64,000 nt of DNA from Geosiphon pyriformis uo1 (lineage: Eukaryota; Fungi; Glomeromycota): positions 809,222-873,221 of the forward strand of contig JAAOMT010000659.1 of assembly GCA_016748015.1 (NCBI GenBank). The letters are read 5' to 3'. Made by a program: the position numbers and the translations under genes. Shown piece after piece: positions 40,751-52,501 of this stretch (position 1 is the first letter of the stretch; every line of letters starts with the position of its first letter). The notes below the pieces were generated by a model. It saw only the letters and a program-made list of their open reading frames with translations. It was not told the origin of the DNA and searched no databases.

Positions 40751-43700
40751 GTGGCGACTATTGGAACAATAAAAAAGGACCACTTCTCATACAGAAAAGC
40801 ACTATTTCAATACTTTCAAAAAGACTTAAGAATACCAGCAGGAACTGCTTATGCAGAAAGTGATTTTTGTAACTATATCAACACAAAAATTGACTGCTTG
40901 TTAGGCCATACAACTGATACAGGAAGACTTGGAGAACAAATCCATCAAAGCTTACTAGGGTACTCAACAGCCACAACTACCCGAGCAATCACTGAAATTC
41001 TGTGCATAATCAATATAGACATTAAATATTACGTGGCACAACAATTCTCTCAAGTACAACAACCAGTGAAATCTGATCCTGAGGAATACAAAAACAAATC
41101 CAACAACCCCATAACTGCTCAAGCCAAGTCCATGGTCAACAAGAAACCAAGGGTTCTCTCTCCAACAACTCCATCATATCATCAGACACCCCAAAGTAGA
41201 ATTGTATTCAACCCACCCCCAGAAACCCAGTCAGAAACACCACAAACTCCTGAAAATCCACACTCTTAGAATCAACACAGTTGAACCAAATCACTAGGAG
41301 AATACGGATTGTTGTTTGGAAATCTTACTTCAGCAGCCGGTCAAACAGAAAGAAACCCATCAACTTGGGAACAGCCACCAGCACAAAACCTAGCAGAATC
41401 AGCATCTCCCCTGATGAAAGAAACAGCTATCTTACAACCTATTGGTTAAAGCAACAAAGGAAAGCAACCAGCATTAGCACCCAGAAAATACTCGAATACA
41501 CAGATACCAATCCCTTTAAACATAACCAGTAACACCCTACCCATTAATCAGATCATGGCTTATTGGGATATTGCTAAATTGGAAAAATTCTCTAGTGAAG
41601 AAGATAATGCATATTTTTGGATCATGGATGCTGAGAAAGCAATTACCACTAACAGTTAGAACAATGACCACACAATTCAGGCACTGCTGTTTTTTCTGAC
41701 CAGAACTGTCAATTCGTGGTACCAGAGCCTGACAGAGAAGTCTACCTCCTTTACTGAATTTAAACTCGCATTTCTGCAATACTTCTGTGACCCCAATACG
41801 TTAATCCGATTGCAGAATCAATTCAGCATAATTAAACAAAAAGATCATGAATCAGTAACTACTTATCTTAGACAATTCAATCAAATTCTGCATTAAATAT
41901 TAGCTATTGAAAGGAACTACTACACCACAGCGCAAGTTCTTAATCAATTCATTAAAAGACTGTGGAGTAGTATTCTAAGATCCATAAGACCCCGCTATTT
42001 GACCAGTTTACAAGACGCCATTATTCTTGCTCGTGATTTTGAGTCTGCAGAACAAGAAGTGAACCATACCCAAGTCATTAATTTAGCCATTAATGGAACC
42101 TCTAACATCAATGCAAAAATAACCCAATTGAGTGAGAAACTAACTCAGAAAATTGAGGGATTCTTAGCCGAAACTACAGGAACTTACCAACCACCCCAAC
42201 GGAGAGAAAATAACAACAACAGCAGATACTCACAGCAACAGAACTGTCAGCAATAGCAACAATCTTGGAGATCTGATCTCCACAACTGTTACTACTGTCA
42301 GAAACCTGGACATATCGCCTGTAACTGCAAAAGAAAAATCATAAACCAAAATCAAGGAAACTCATATCAGCAAAACATGGTATCCCAATATTCCATACCT
42401 CAGAATCAACCGCCCTTATATGCACAACAAGTTCTGTACACTCAACCACCACCCCAGAATTATTATCAACTACCACCAATGACACAAGCAATCCCTTACT
42501 ATCAAACTTCCCCTTACAGCCCATCCAGACTTCGGGCTATAGACTATAATCAGAGATGGAGGAATCCCAACAACAATCAGGTGCAAACCAACAGTGAACT
42601 GTCTCGACCAATCCCTCGTGGTCCTGTCCAATCTCGACCAACACCAACTGAATACCCAAATCAAGCTTCCTATCTCGGTCTTATGGAAGACCAGGATTTT
42701 GATAAATCTACATCTGTGGAAGGGAAGAATATAGAATGAATCTCCCAACCTTCTAAGCAAACAAAAAGCAATATCTCACCAGCCACTATTACCAAAGACA
42801 CTACTCTAGCCGCCATATTTCCTTTTAACATTGATAATTTAAACACCCATAGCCTTTTTAGTGGAACAGCCATCAATCAGGATAAACCAATAATGGTCCT
42901 ATACACTGATGTCAGAGTCGGAGGAATAGACATTAAATTAATCCTGAATAGTAGATCAGCTGATAGCATAATCACGAAGCAGTTCATGGACCAACTAGGT
43001 CACCGAGTAGACCATGCTGCTACCACCCGGATCATTACAGCGGATGGGAACACAAAAACCCCAATAGGAGAAATTGACAACTTCCTCTTCGAGATTAATG
43101 GAATCTAAATCCCTACCAAAGTACTCGTCATGGAAACTACTCAATATCAAGCTCTAGTAGAAAACAACTGGTTGTCAAAAGCCAATGCTACTCTCGACTG
43201 GAACACCCAAGAACTTCAACTCATGTTCAATGGACAGCATACCTGAGTCCCAGCTATGTGTGGACACTTTAAAACCCAATGTACCAAGGAACCCCTTATT
43301 GAATTCGAAGACACATCAATGTCACCAACCATCGAGACCTATCAGGTTTCATGGGTGGATGATTATCAAACTGAACTACTCTCACCACCAACCTGGAAAG
43401 AAAAAAGAAAAGGCAGAGCCAAAAAAGAACCCCAATTGTCATCACTAGGATACGTAACCTCAGACCAAAGAAACTTATTTTACCAACCTCCAAAACTAAT
43501 ATGTGTTGATTGTGGAAAAAAACTATCCACTATGGGTGCATGTATTGAGGACAACAAAGAATGACCCACCACCACCAAATACTATTGCAGGCCTTGTTTA
43601 CTGAAAAGATTTGGATGACCAAAATGACAAGGCAAGTGAGACCACATGCCATGCCTCGCATGTGGCAAAATTCTGCCAGATAAAAGACTTTGAAATGATG

Positions 43701-46525
43701 TGCCTGGCAGAGAAAGAACATGTGATGAGGCTTGTCAATACACCATATTAATCAATGATTGGATACAAAAGAGAACTCCTATCGAGGATGCTTGGAAATG
43801 AGCACTCAACAGACTGGATAGTTATCCACACAATGACCATGAAATCTGGAGAATGGCAAGCACCAAGGCTGAAGGCACCACACCCGAAGAAATACGAGAA
43901 ATCAAGGACAACTCTTGGACGCCCGAATATACTGGACCCAACTACCCCGAAGATGATTTCTTCACAGATGACCCAGACGCATTTCAGAACCAATATCAAG
44001 AATTGGCCCCAACTTGTAAAAAACAGGAGTAAAGGTTGGCCAATTTGAATACCAAACTGTGCAATCACTATTTGATCCCCTGTCACTTCCAGTACTGCAA
44101 TGAATGTGATCTCATGTTCAATTTGTCTCCAAGAATACTGTTTCCAATCACCAAACTACCTGAGCCCGAAGAAGAGATATTGATCACTGAGGACATGTCA
44201 TTCCAAGATCCAACTGAGAATACCAAAACAGAACAGTATCTCACGTATCCCGACCTATCTAAAGAACTAGAGCTAAAATAGTACAGTGACAACGAGGAAA
44301 AAATCTGCCCCGAAAGAGTGCATGAAACCAATGCCAGTTTCGACCTACGATACTCTGAACAATCACTCATTATTATAGCTCCACATGCTTTCGTAAAAAT
44401 AGATCTTAAGATAGCATTAGAAATTCTTGTTAGTACAATGATACAAGTTGTCTCTCAATCTAGTCTAGCCAAGAAAAGAATTGACATAAAAAGAGGAATC
44501 ATCAATGCCGGTTACACAGGAAACATCATCGTAATGCTACAGAACAATTCGGACAGACTCTACAAAATAGAATCACAAGAAAAGATTGCCCAAGCTATCT
44601 TCCTATCCCTAGTTAAAATACCCCAATTAACCCCAGTAACAACCCAAGAAGAGTTAGGCCTCACTGTCCAAAGAATCAATGGGTTTAGATCAAGTGGAAG
44701 AGAAAACGTACCCATTAATTTCACAGAGGAAGACAGTGACCAGGTAGAATTTATCAACACCAACACTGTCATCTCCATTCCCCCATATTGACAATACATC
44801 CTCAAGGTGAATTAAAAGATCCAAGATCAAGCCCTATTATTTAAAGCCAGTCTCGAAATCTGTTCTCTAGCCAATGTTGCTAATCTATACCTACCGGCCA
44901 AAGCCCATAAACACTTCAAAATCTCCATCCACAACTCGACAGAAGATGTCATTGAAATCCCTGAAGGGACCCTCATTGGTTCTATATTTGCAGATATTCA
45001 GAATCCTGAAAAACCCCAATTCATTCCAGATTTTGCACAATTATTCTTATTCTGTGATATTACCTCACAAGTATAGAATTTGCCAAAAGAAAGTTACTTG
45101 TTCACACCAGAAGAGATCAATAAATTGAATTTAGGAAATTTAAGTATCCTACAACAAATGCAACTCAAAGTCTTTCTAAATCAGTATGCCAATGTCTTTG
45201 CTAGCAAAAATGAGTTCGGATGCACCGACATTGTGAAGCATCAGATTGATACAGAAGACGCTCAACCAATTAAGCAATGAGCTTATCGTGTACTCCCATC
45301 TGGCAATAACCTAATTAAGCAAGAAGTGCAACGGATGCTTAATAACGATCTAATCAAAGAATTTTTAAACTCTTGGTCCTTGTCAGTAGTTTTGGTTACC
45401 AAGAAAAATGGAAAAGTGCAATTCTGCGTAGATTATCAAAAACTAAATAGTGTCATGTGAGGAGATAGTTATTCCACTCCCCTCATCCAGGAAATTCTGG
45501 ACAATCTAGGGAAAAAGAAATGGTTTTCATTATTAGATTTAGCAAGTGGTTACTGGCAAGTTGAAATGGACTCCAAAGACAAAAGAAAAACAGCATTTAC
45601 CACTCGAGACGGAAACTTCGAGTTTAACGTAATGTCTTTTGGACTTTGTAATACTCCTGCCATGTTTCAATGCCTGATGGATGTAGTATACAAAAAAATC
45701 CTTTGGAAATCAGTAGTAGTCTACCTAGACAACACAAATGTGTTCTCCAAAACATTCAAAGACCATCTGCTCCATCTGCAACAAGTCTTCAAACACTTTC
45801 ATAGTGCCAGATTGAAACTCAATCCTGAGAAGTGCTTCTTTGGAAAAACTGAGTTAAAATTCCTAGGACATGTAATTGGCAAGGATGGAGTTAAACCCAA
45901 TTCAGATAAAGTACAAAAAGTCAAGGATTTTCCAGCCCCAATCAACCTCAGAGAATTACGAGGATTTCTAGAATTGGCAGGATATTATCATCGATTTGTT
46001 AAAGGTTTCTTGAACATCACAAAACCACTCCATCAATTGTTGTCCAAATACATACCGTACTTGTAGAAGGAAGATCAACAGAAAGTATTCGACTATCTCA
46101 AGCAGCAATTGATCACATCCCCAATCCTGATTTACTCAGATTTCATTAAACGGTTCATTGTTGCTACGGACACTTCAAAAAATGCTCTAGAAGCAGTCTT
46201 ATTACAGATAGGACTGGACAATAGAGAACACCTAGTTGTCTATGCTAGTCGCAGCACTAGCCCAGCAGAAAAGAATTACAGCACAACAGATCTGAAATGT
46301 CTCACCATTTATTGGGCCGTACAGACTTGGAAACATTACCTCAGTTAACCATTTAACTTATATACCAACCACAAAGAACTTATTTGGTTACTCAACAATC
46401 CACAACTAGAAGAAAAATATGCAAGATGAAGTACTTATCTGCAACAATTCCCACTCAAAGTTCATTACAAGGAAGGATCCAAGAACACCAATGTCGACAG
46501 TTTGTCGAGGATGCCACAAACCTAA
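40751..46525 (+). pseudogene. D ORF1: Gag (CCHC)-protease-Cys-rich insert-dUTPase-RT-RNase H in a single frame
   Basis: All ORF-track pieces from 40751 to 46109 share one frame; CYYCQKPGHIACNC, KLILNSRSA (DSG), dUTPase, LDLASGYWQ, YLDNT, TDTS...DSLSR; terminal TAA 46523-46525. Confidence 0.9.
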
Positions 46526-46535
46526 TCCCAGATTC

Positions 46536-47903
46536 ATGGACACATTCACTTATCAACAACTATATCAGTACCTATCGACACTATGTTTCAAGGAAATATT
46601 ATCTCAACAGGAACAGAGTACCATATGAAAACAAGCCCAAAATTATTTTATTTAAGACAACCAACTATATCGACGAGAATGCTGAAACCACTCCAACCCA
46701 CAACAACTAATTAAGGACAGTGAAAGAAAAACTATACTATATAGCATGCACTCAGATCCAACTGCAGGACACTTTAATAAAGACACTACCCTTGAAAGAA
46801 CACTAAACTTATACTATTGGCCAACAATATACAAAGACATTTTCAAATACATGCTCAATTGTGACGCATGCCAACAAAGAAGAGGAGCAAGATCAACAGA
46901 ACCACTTCGACCCATTCCAGTTGAAAATCTATTTGATAGAATTGAAATTAATTTGGTTGGATTTCTTTCAATTACATCCCAAGGAAATCACTATATTGCT
47001 GTAGCCGTAGACTATCTTACAAAATGGCCAGAAGCCAAAGCAATCCAAGTGGCCAATGCCAAAACAGTTGCCAAATTTGTGCATCAAGACCTAATTTGCC
47101 AACATGAATGTCCAAAAAAATTATTATCTGATCAGAAAACACACTTCATTAATAATACGTTGACTGAACTAAGCCAACAGTTTGGAATAAAGAGATCCTT
47201 ATCGTTATCATACCACTTATAAACAAATGGATTGGTAGAACAATTTAACAGAACACTGTGTGAAGCACTAGCAAAAATAAGTCATAAAAACAGACAAAAA
47301 TGGGACTTATTCATACCTTCTGTACTCTTTGCATACCGAACATTGAAACAAAATATGACTCAGTTCACACCGTTCGAACTAGTCTATGGAAGAAAAGCTA
47401 CATTACCGATTGAACGAGTGATACTGTTATATCCAACCGAAACAATCAATGAAGAGAATTTTGAGGCTACCTTACACCAAAGAACATACCAGCTAATGGA
47501 AATGTTGGAAAACAATCGAAGAACAGCAGCTGACAATATTAGTCACACTCAAGAATAACAAAAAGAAAGACATGATAAACACCTATTAGAACATCCAATG
47601 GAATTCAAGATTGGAGACCAAGTACTATTACATCGTACAAAAGCTGAGAAACAGTGGAGTGGAAAGTTCGATCCAAAGTGAGACAATCCATTCTATATAC
47701 ACGAAGCATTAGGAAATGGAGCTTACAAATTATAATTGGAAGACAGGATTTTAAAGAAAGTAGTACATGGAAATTGGTTAAAAATTTATCATGTAAAACA
47801 GGAATCATTGTCATCAGTACCTTAACTAGGAACACAAATTTCATTAATCAGACCAGAAGATATACCACAAGATCTGAAACCAATCATCGTCATCGAAACA
47901 TAG
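46536..47903 (+). pseudogene. D ORF2: stand-alone DDE integrase (HHCC, DDE, GPY/F; no chromodomain)
   Basis: Own ATG in a different frame from pol; MHSDPTAGHF...CDACQ; VDYLTKWPEA; NGLVEQFNRTL. Confidence 0.9.
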
Positions 47904-47983
47904 ACAACGGACAGCAAATTAAATTGGGGAATTCAAATATATATAGCATTCAAAAAGCAGCAAGAAACGATAGAAATTTCAAC

Positions 47984-48717
47984 ATGGACCTTTCAGATCA
48001 AATTTTAAAATTATCTAAACAATTATTTGAAACAATTCAAAAATTGACATCTCAAATAGAAATAACAATTAATAAAAAAGAGATACAGTACAAAGATAAG
48101 AGCAGGAGAGAGGAGGATGAAAGTTCAATTAGAACTAAATGTTCTCTTTTCTACCCACCACCCAAAAGGCAATGTTGGAGGAAAAATTGCCTTTGGGTGA
48201 GGAATGGAAAAGAAAGAGGCAAAGAACAAAAAAAAGATTACAAAAGAAGATACTTGATCCCCGAGCTCGAAGAAATAAAAGAAGCTTTAGCTCATGGAAC
48301 CGAACTCCCGAAACAGGGGAGTGGACACCTGACAACGCCCAGAAATAGAAAAAAAGACTTCCTCCAGCTTATTGGTTCTACGAAATTGGAGAACAGCTTG
48401 ACTTGAAAACACCATACGAAGACCTCAGCCAGAAAACGTTCAACAAAGAAACAATACAACAAGTAGAAAAATTCATAGGAAAAAACAACCTAATTCTACA
48501 TTACAAAGCAGCATACTGACTATATGCTGCCTTCCAACATTGCCCAAACATACTATTGAATGGATCTATGAAAACCATAACAGTTAACAACATAGGACAA
48601 ATAACCAATTAACAGTTCAAAGACCTACAAGAGACAATACTTGAGGCAACAATCGAACATTACACAAACAAAGCCATGATAACAGATACATACAGTTTCA
48701 TAAGAGCTCAATTTTAA
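47984..48717 (+). pseudogene. D ORF3: unknown helical protein in env position (one frameshift ~48300)
   Basis: MDLSDQILKLSKQLF... and YWFYEIG...KNNL...AAY*LYAAFQ...ITN*QF...RAQF* align to ORF3 of A, B and C. Confidence 0.75.
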
Positions 48718-50404
48718 AAAGAGAGAGATAATGTTATCCAAGTAGAAAAACTGATCCAAAGTTATAAAGAGATGTGACCAAAATGTGACATTACATAGAA
48801 TAACACACAATAACATTGGATAATGCGTTATAACGTAGGATAACGTGTTATAAAGCAGGATAATACAGAATAGTGTGCAATAACATAGGATAACATATTA
48901 TAATGCAGGATAACACAGAATAATATGTAATAATGTCAGATAATGTGTTATAATATAGGATAACTAGTGATAATATAGAAAAACAAAGCAATAACAGAAA
49001 CAACAAAGCAATAGCTAGCAATAGCAAGACAATTGAAAGCAATCCTGTAAAACCAAAAGAATGTATAAAAGCAAGTAGTTGTAAAAGTGAGAAAAAACAG
49101 ACAGACAGACAGATACGAACCTCTAGACCAGAATTAAAAATATCCATACTCCTTCATCCTTTATTATCTTCTCTATTTTATCTCCTGAAATAAACCAATT
49201 ATTAAAAGAAATCAGAATCATGAATTTATGTTCTCGAACTTTGTAGAATTTACATGAATTAACCTTTGTCTCGTACCTCTATTCTAGAACAGATGCTCTT
49301 AGCATAACTGTCTCGAACCTATTAACGATTTGGACCAATCGCTCTTGATTACGGCAATTGACGATACTAATTTATCTTTTTTCTCTTTTCTTTTTTTTCT
49401 TTTTATTTTATTTTTTTTTTCTGTCTTATTTTTGTGAAGTGGCAACATAGTAAAATCAACTGTCTGAAAATAGACTTTGTGATAGCCTGGTAAAAGAGAG
49501 AAGCTTCCCCTAAATTTTGGATATTAACATTATCTTGTTAGCTTACCAAAAGGGCAAAAAGACAACACCAGATCCTAATGACTGTGCTCGTTAGCTTGAA
49601 GAAGAAAGCTCACATTTATGAAAAACATTGCAATTGATGAAAGACAAACTCTGTGCCTTATAACCAAAGAACTTAACGGGTAAAATTCACATCCAGGAAT
49701 AGACCTTCAGAGACTGATAATCAAGACTAAGCCAACAGAATTATACGGAAAATGCCTCATTAATAATTAAGAGCACCAAACGTTACTATTTCCCATACCC
49801 ACCAAGTTTACCCATAACAATGTCAGTGTCCCGCATGTTAATCCTCAATAGAATTAGTAAACAACAACAAAATTAAAGCAAGAAAATAAAGAAAGAAAGA
49901 AAATAAAGAAAAAAAAGAAATAAGCCAAGGCAATTTGCAAGTTAGTATCCTGTCAATAGCCATGATCAAGAGCTATTGTTCCAGTGTGGTTAAGTATCAA
50001 TTACTATTAACATAAAGTGTTAATAATAAAGAGTAGATTGAGATATGAAATAATTATTTATTTGATAATTGTGATTTGGAGAGTGGCTTAAATTAAATCT
50101 AAACTGAGAGGTTTGTCTTTTCAGCTTCTAATCCTGCTGCTATATATACATAATTGAGATTTCTCAATTCCTTGATTTTTTATGACAGGAATCCTGGAAT
50201 TCCTGGAATTCTGCAATTTTTTTGAGAGGAATCCTGAAATTCTGGAATCCTACAATTCCTTGTTGGGGAATTCTGAAATTCTTGGAATCCTGCAATTCTT
50301 AAGAGGAATCCTGGAATTCCACATTTACTATGCCTACTTCTGATTAGCTAATAATCATGCTAATATATTTCCTATATTTCTATGAGTAACATTATTCCCT
50401 CCTT

Positions 50405-51034
50405 TTAATATTGAGCTCTGTCAAAATCCAACTCATTTAATTCCCCCTCTTGAAGTATTTCCTGAATTTTGTTTTTGAGGATTACTTGTGTTATTTGGGT
50501 CTGTAATTCTTCAAATTGAGCATTGGTGATCTTTCTCAATTGATTACTGGTAATCATATCTATTGTTTTGTTGATTAATATTTCTGGTCTATCTTAAAAT
50601 GCTGTTTGTATTCAGTATATAGCTCAGGCCTGTGTGGACAAGTTGTTCTTTCTCACAAAATGTTCTAATTGTTGTAGTATTCTTTTGTCAAATAATCGCT
50701 TTGTTTTATTCGTATATAGATTCTGGATATTTACGTGTTGTCCCAAGTAAAAATAACAATAGTTTCATGGAAATTGTTATATCCACCAATTCCAAGTTTT
50801 TTTAGTCAACTCTTGATATAGTGACTCTTTTGTCAACTCTCTTATTGCTAATTTTACTTTCACAATAATTTTGTCCATAGTAGTTTTAGTTTTCTTCTGT
50901 GTTCTGAGTTGTAATGTCTTTCTAGTATTTTGATATCAAATGGTTTGTTGATTGATTATAATCTCCATTTCCTGGTGTTGGATCAATTGAAAGAGTTGTT
51001 GTACTAGTGAGTAAATGTTGTCTGTAATTTCCAT
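50405..51034 (-). pseudogene. C ORF3 (210 codons, no frameshift)
   Basis: MEITDNIYSLVQQLFQLIQ...YCYFYLGQH...KNNLSTQA*AIY*IQTAF...RAQY*. Confidence 0.8.
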
Positions 51035-51088
51035 TTTTCTGATATTTCCTGTCACATCTATCATGTCTTTATATATTCTTTTGATGGC

Positions 51089-52471
51089 TTAATTTGACAT
51101 GTTATTGTCAATAATAATAATTGGTTTCAGATCTCGTGGAATCTGATCTGGTTGGACTAGTATTCTCTGTACTCCTAATTGTGGAATATTACTGGTAGAT
51201 GGTGGTATAGTGTTGTGATATGGTTTTAGTTGATCTCCATGTGCTGCTTTGGTTAAGATTTTGTTGTTCAATCTTAATTTGTAAGTTCCATTCCCTAGAA
51301 TTTCTTCTATGTAAAATAGTTCATTCCATTTGGGGTCAAATTTTCTACTCCATTGTTTTTCCGCTTTAGTACAATGTAAAAGTACTTTGTCTCCAATCTT
51401 GAATTCAACTGGTTTGTCTGATAGTTGGTTATCATACCTTTCTTTTTGTTTCTCTTGTGCCTTTTTAATGTTATCAGCTGTTCTTCGTTGCTTGTTTTCT
51501 AGAGTTTTCATCAAATTATATGTTCTTCTTAGTAACGTTTCCTGAAAATTGTCTACAGTTATTGGTTCTGTTGGATAAGTGTTGACTTCTATCTCGACTG
51601 GTAGTGTTGCTGTTCTACCATATACTAATTCAAATGATGTTGTTTGTGTAGTGTCTTGCTTTATTGTCTGATAAGCAAATAGTATTGATGGTATTAACAA
51701 ATCCCATTTGTCTTGGTTTTTTTGGCTGAGTTTTGCTATTGCTTCACACAATGTTCTATTAAATCTTTCAACTAATCCATTGGTTTGTGGATAATATGGT
51801 GATGATAGTGGTCTCTTAATTCCGAATCTTTGGCTTAGTTCTGCTAATGTTCTATTCACAAAATAGGTTCTTTGGTCTGATAATAGTTCTTTTGGACATC
51901 CATGTCGACAAATCAGATTTTGATGAATGAATTCGGCAACGGATTCTGCATCCGCTCTTTGAATTGCTTTTGCCTGTGGTCATTTAGTGAGATAGTCCAT
52001 GGCTACTGCTATATATCTGTTTCCTCTGCTGGTGATTGTTAATGGTCTGACTAAATCAATTCCAATACAGTCAAATGACTGTTCCACTTTGATTGGTCTT
52101 AATGGTTTACTGGGTTTTGTTTCTCCTCTTCACTGACAAGCATCACAATTTTGAACATATTGGATGATGTCTGGATACATTGATGGCCAATAGTATCTCT
52201 TTTTGGTTCTTTTCATGGTTGCTTCTTTGTGAAAATATCCTGCTGTTGGATTTGAGTGTATGTTGAATAATATGGTCTCTTTTTTTGGCTCTGTAATTAC
52301 TCTGGTTGGTTGCTTTAGATCTCTTCTATTTTTCCGATAAAGTATATTTTGGTGAGTGAAAAAATATTTTGATTGTTGTTTGATACTCTTTTGTTCCATT
52401 TGAGATAAATTCTCCTTAAACTATTAAGTGTTTATATATTGTAGCAGTTGTTGATATTTTTGTATGTTCAT
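51089..52471 (-). pseudogene. C ORF2: stand-alone integrase
   Basis: ATG 52471-52469 (MNIQKYQQLLQY) lies 30 nt after the pol stop; HHCC-like, DDE and GPY/F-like regions. Confidence 0.88.
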
Positions 52472-52501
52472 TTTTTGTTATATTTTTGGGTTGAAATGTT
52501 C

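Larger units (their letters stand above)
39601..49819 (+). mobile_element. LTR element D, full-length diverged subfamily (LTRs 39601-40688 and 48732-49819, 1088 bp each)
   Basis: TSD ACGT (39597-39600) / ATGT (49820-49823); PBS 40691-40706; PPT 48716-48731. Confidence 0.95.

Noticed and set aside
40751-46525. In-frame TGA/TAG as recoding or an alternative genetic code
   Set aside because: Stops differ between paralogous copies and replace TGG, CGA or CAA by transitions; host genes use the standard code.
47700-47903. Chromodomain at the integrase C-terminus
   Set aside because: After the GPY/F region only a short linker and the PIIVIE tail remain; no chromodomain aromatic pattern.
47654-48406. 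250-aa ORF as a single gene
   Set aside because: Its first third is an alternative frame over the integrase; only the part from ATG 47984 aligns with ORF3.
48848-49147. Signal-peptide-like ORFs (39717-39911, 48848-49147)
   Set aside because: They are antisense translations of the LTR 10-bp repeat and A-rich tract.
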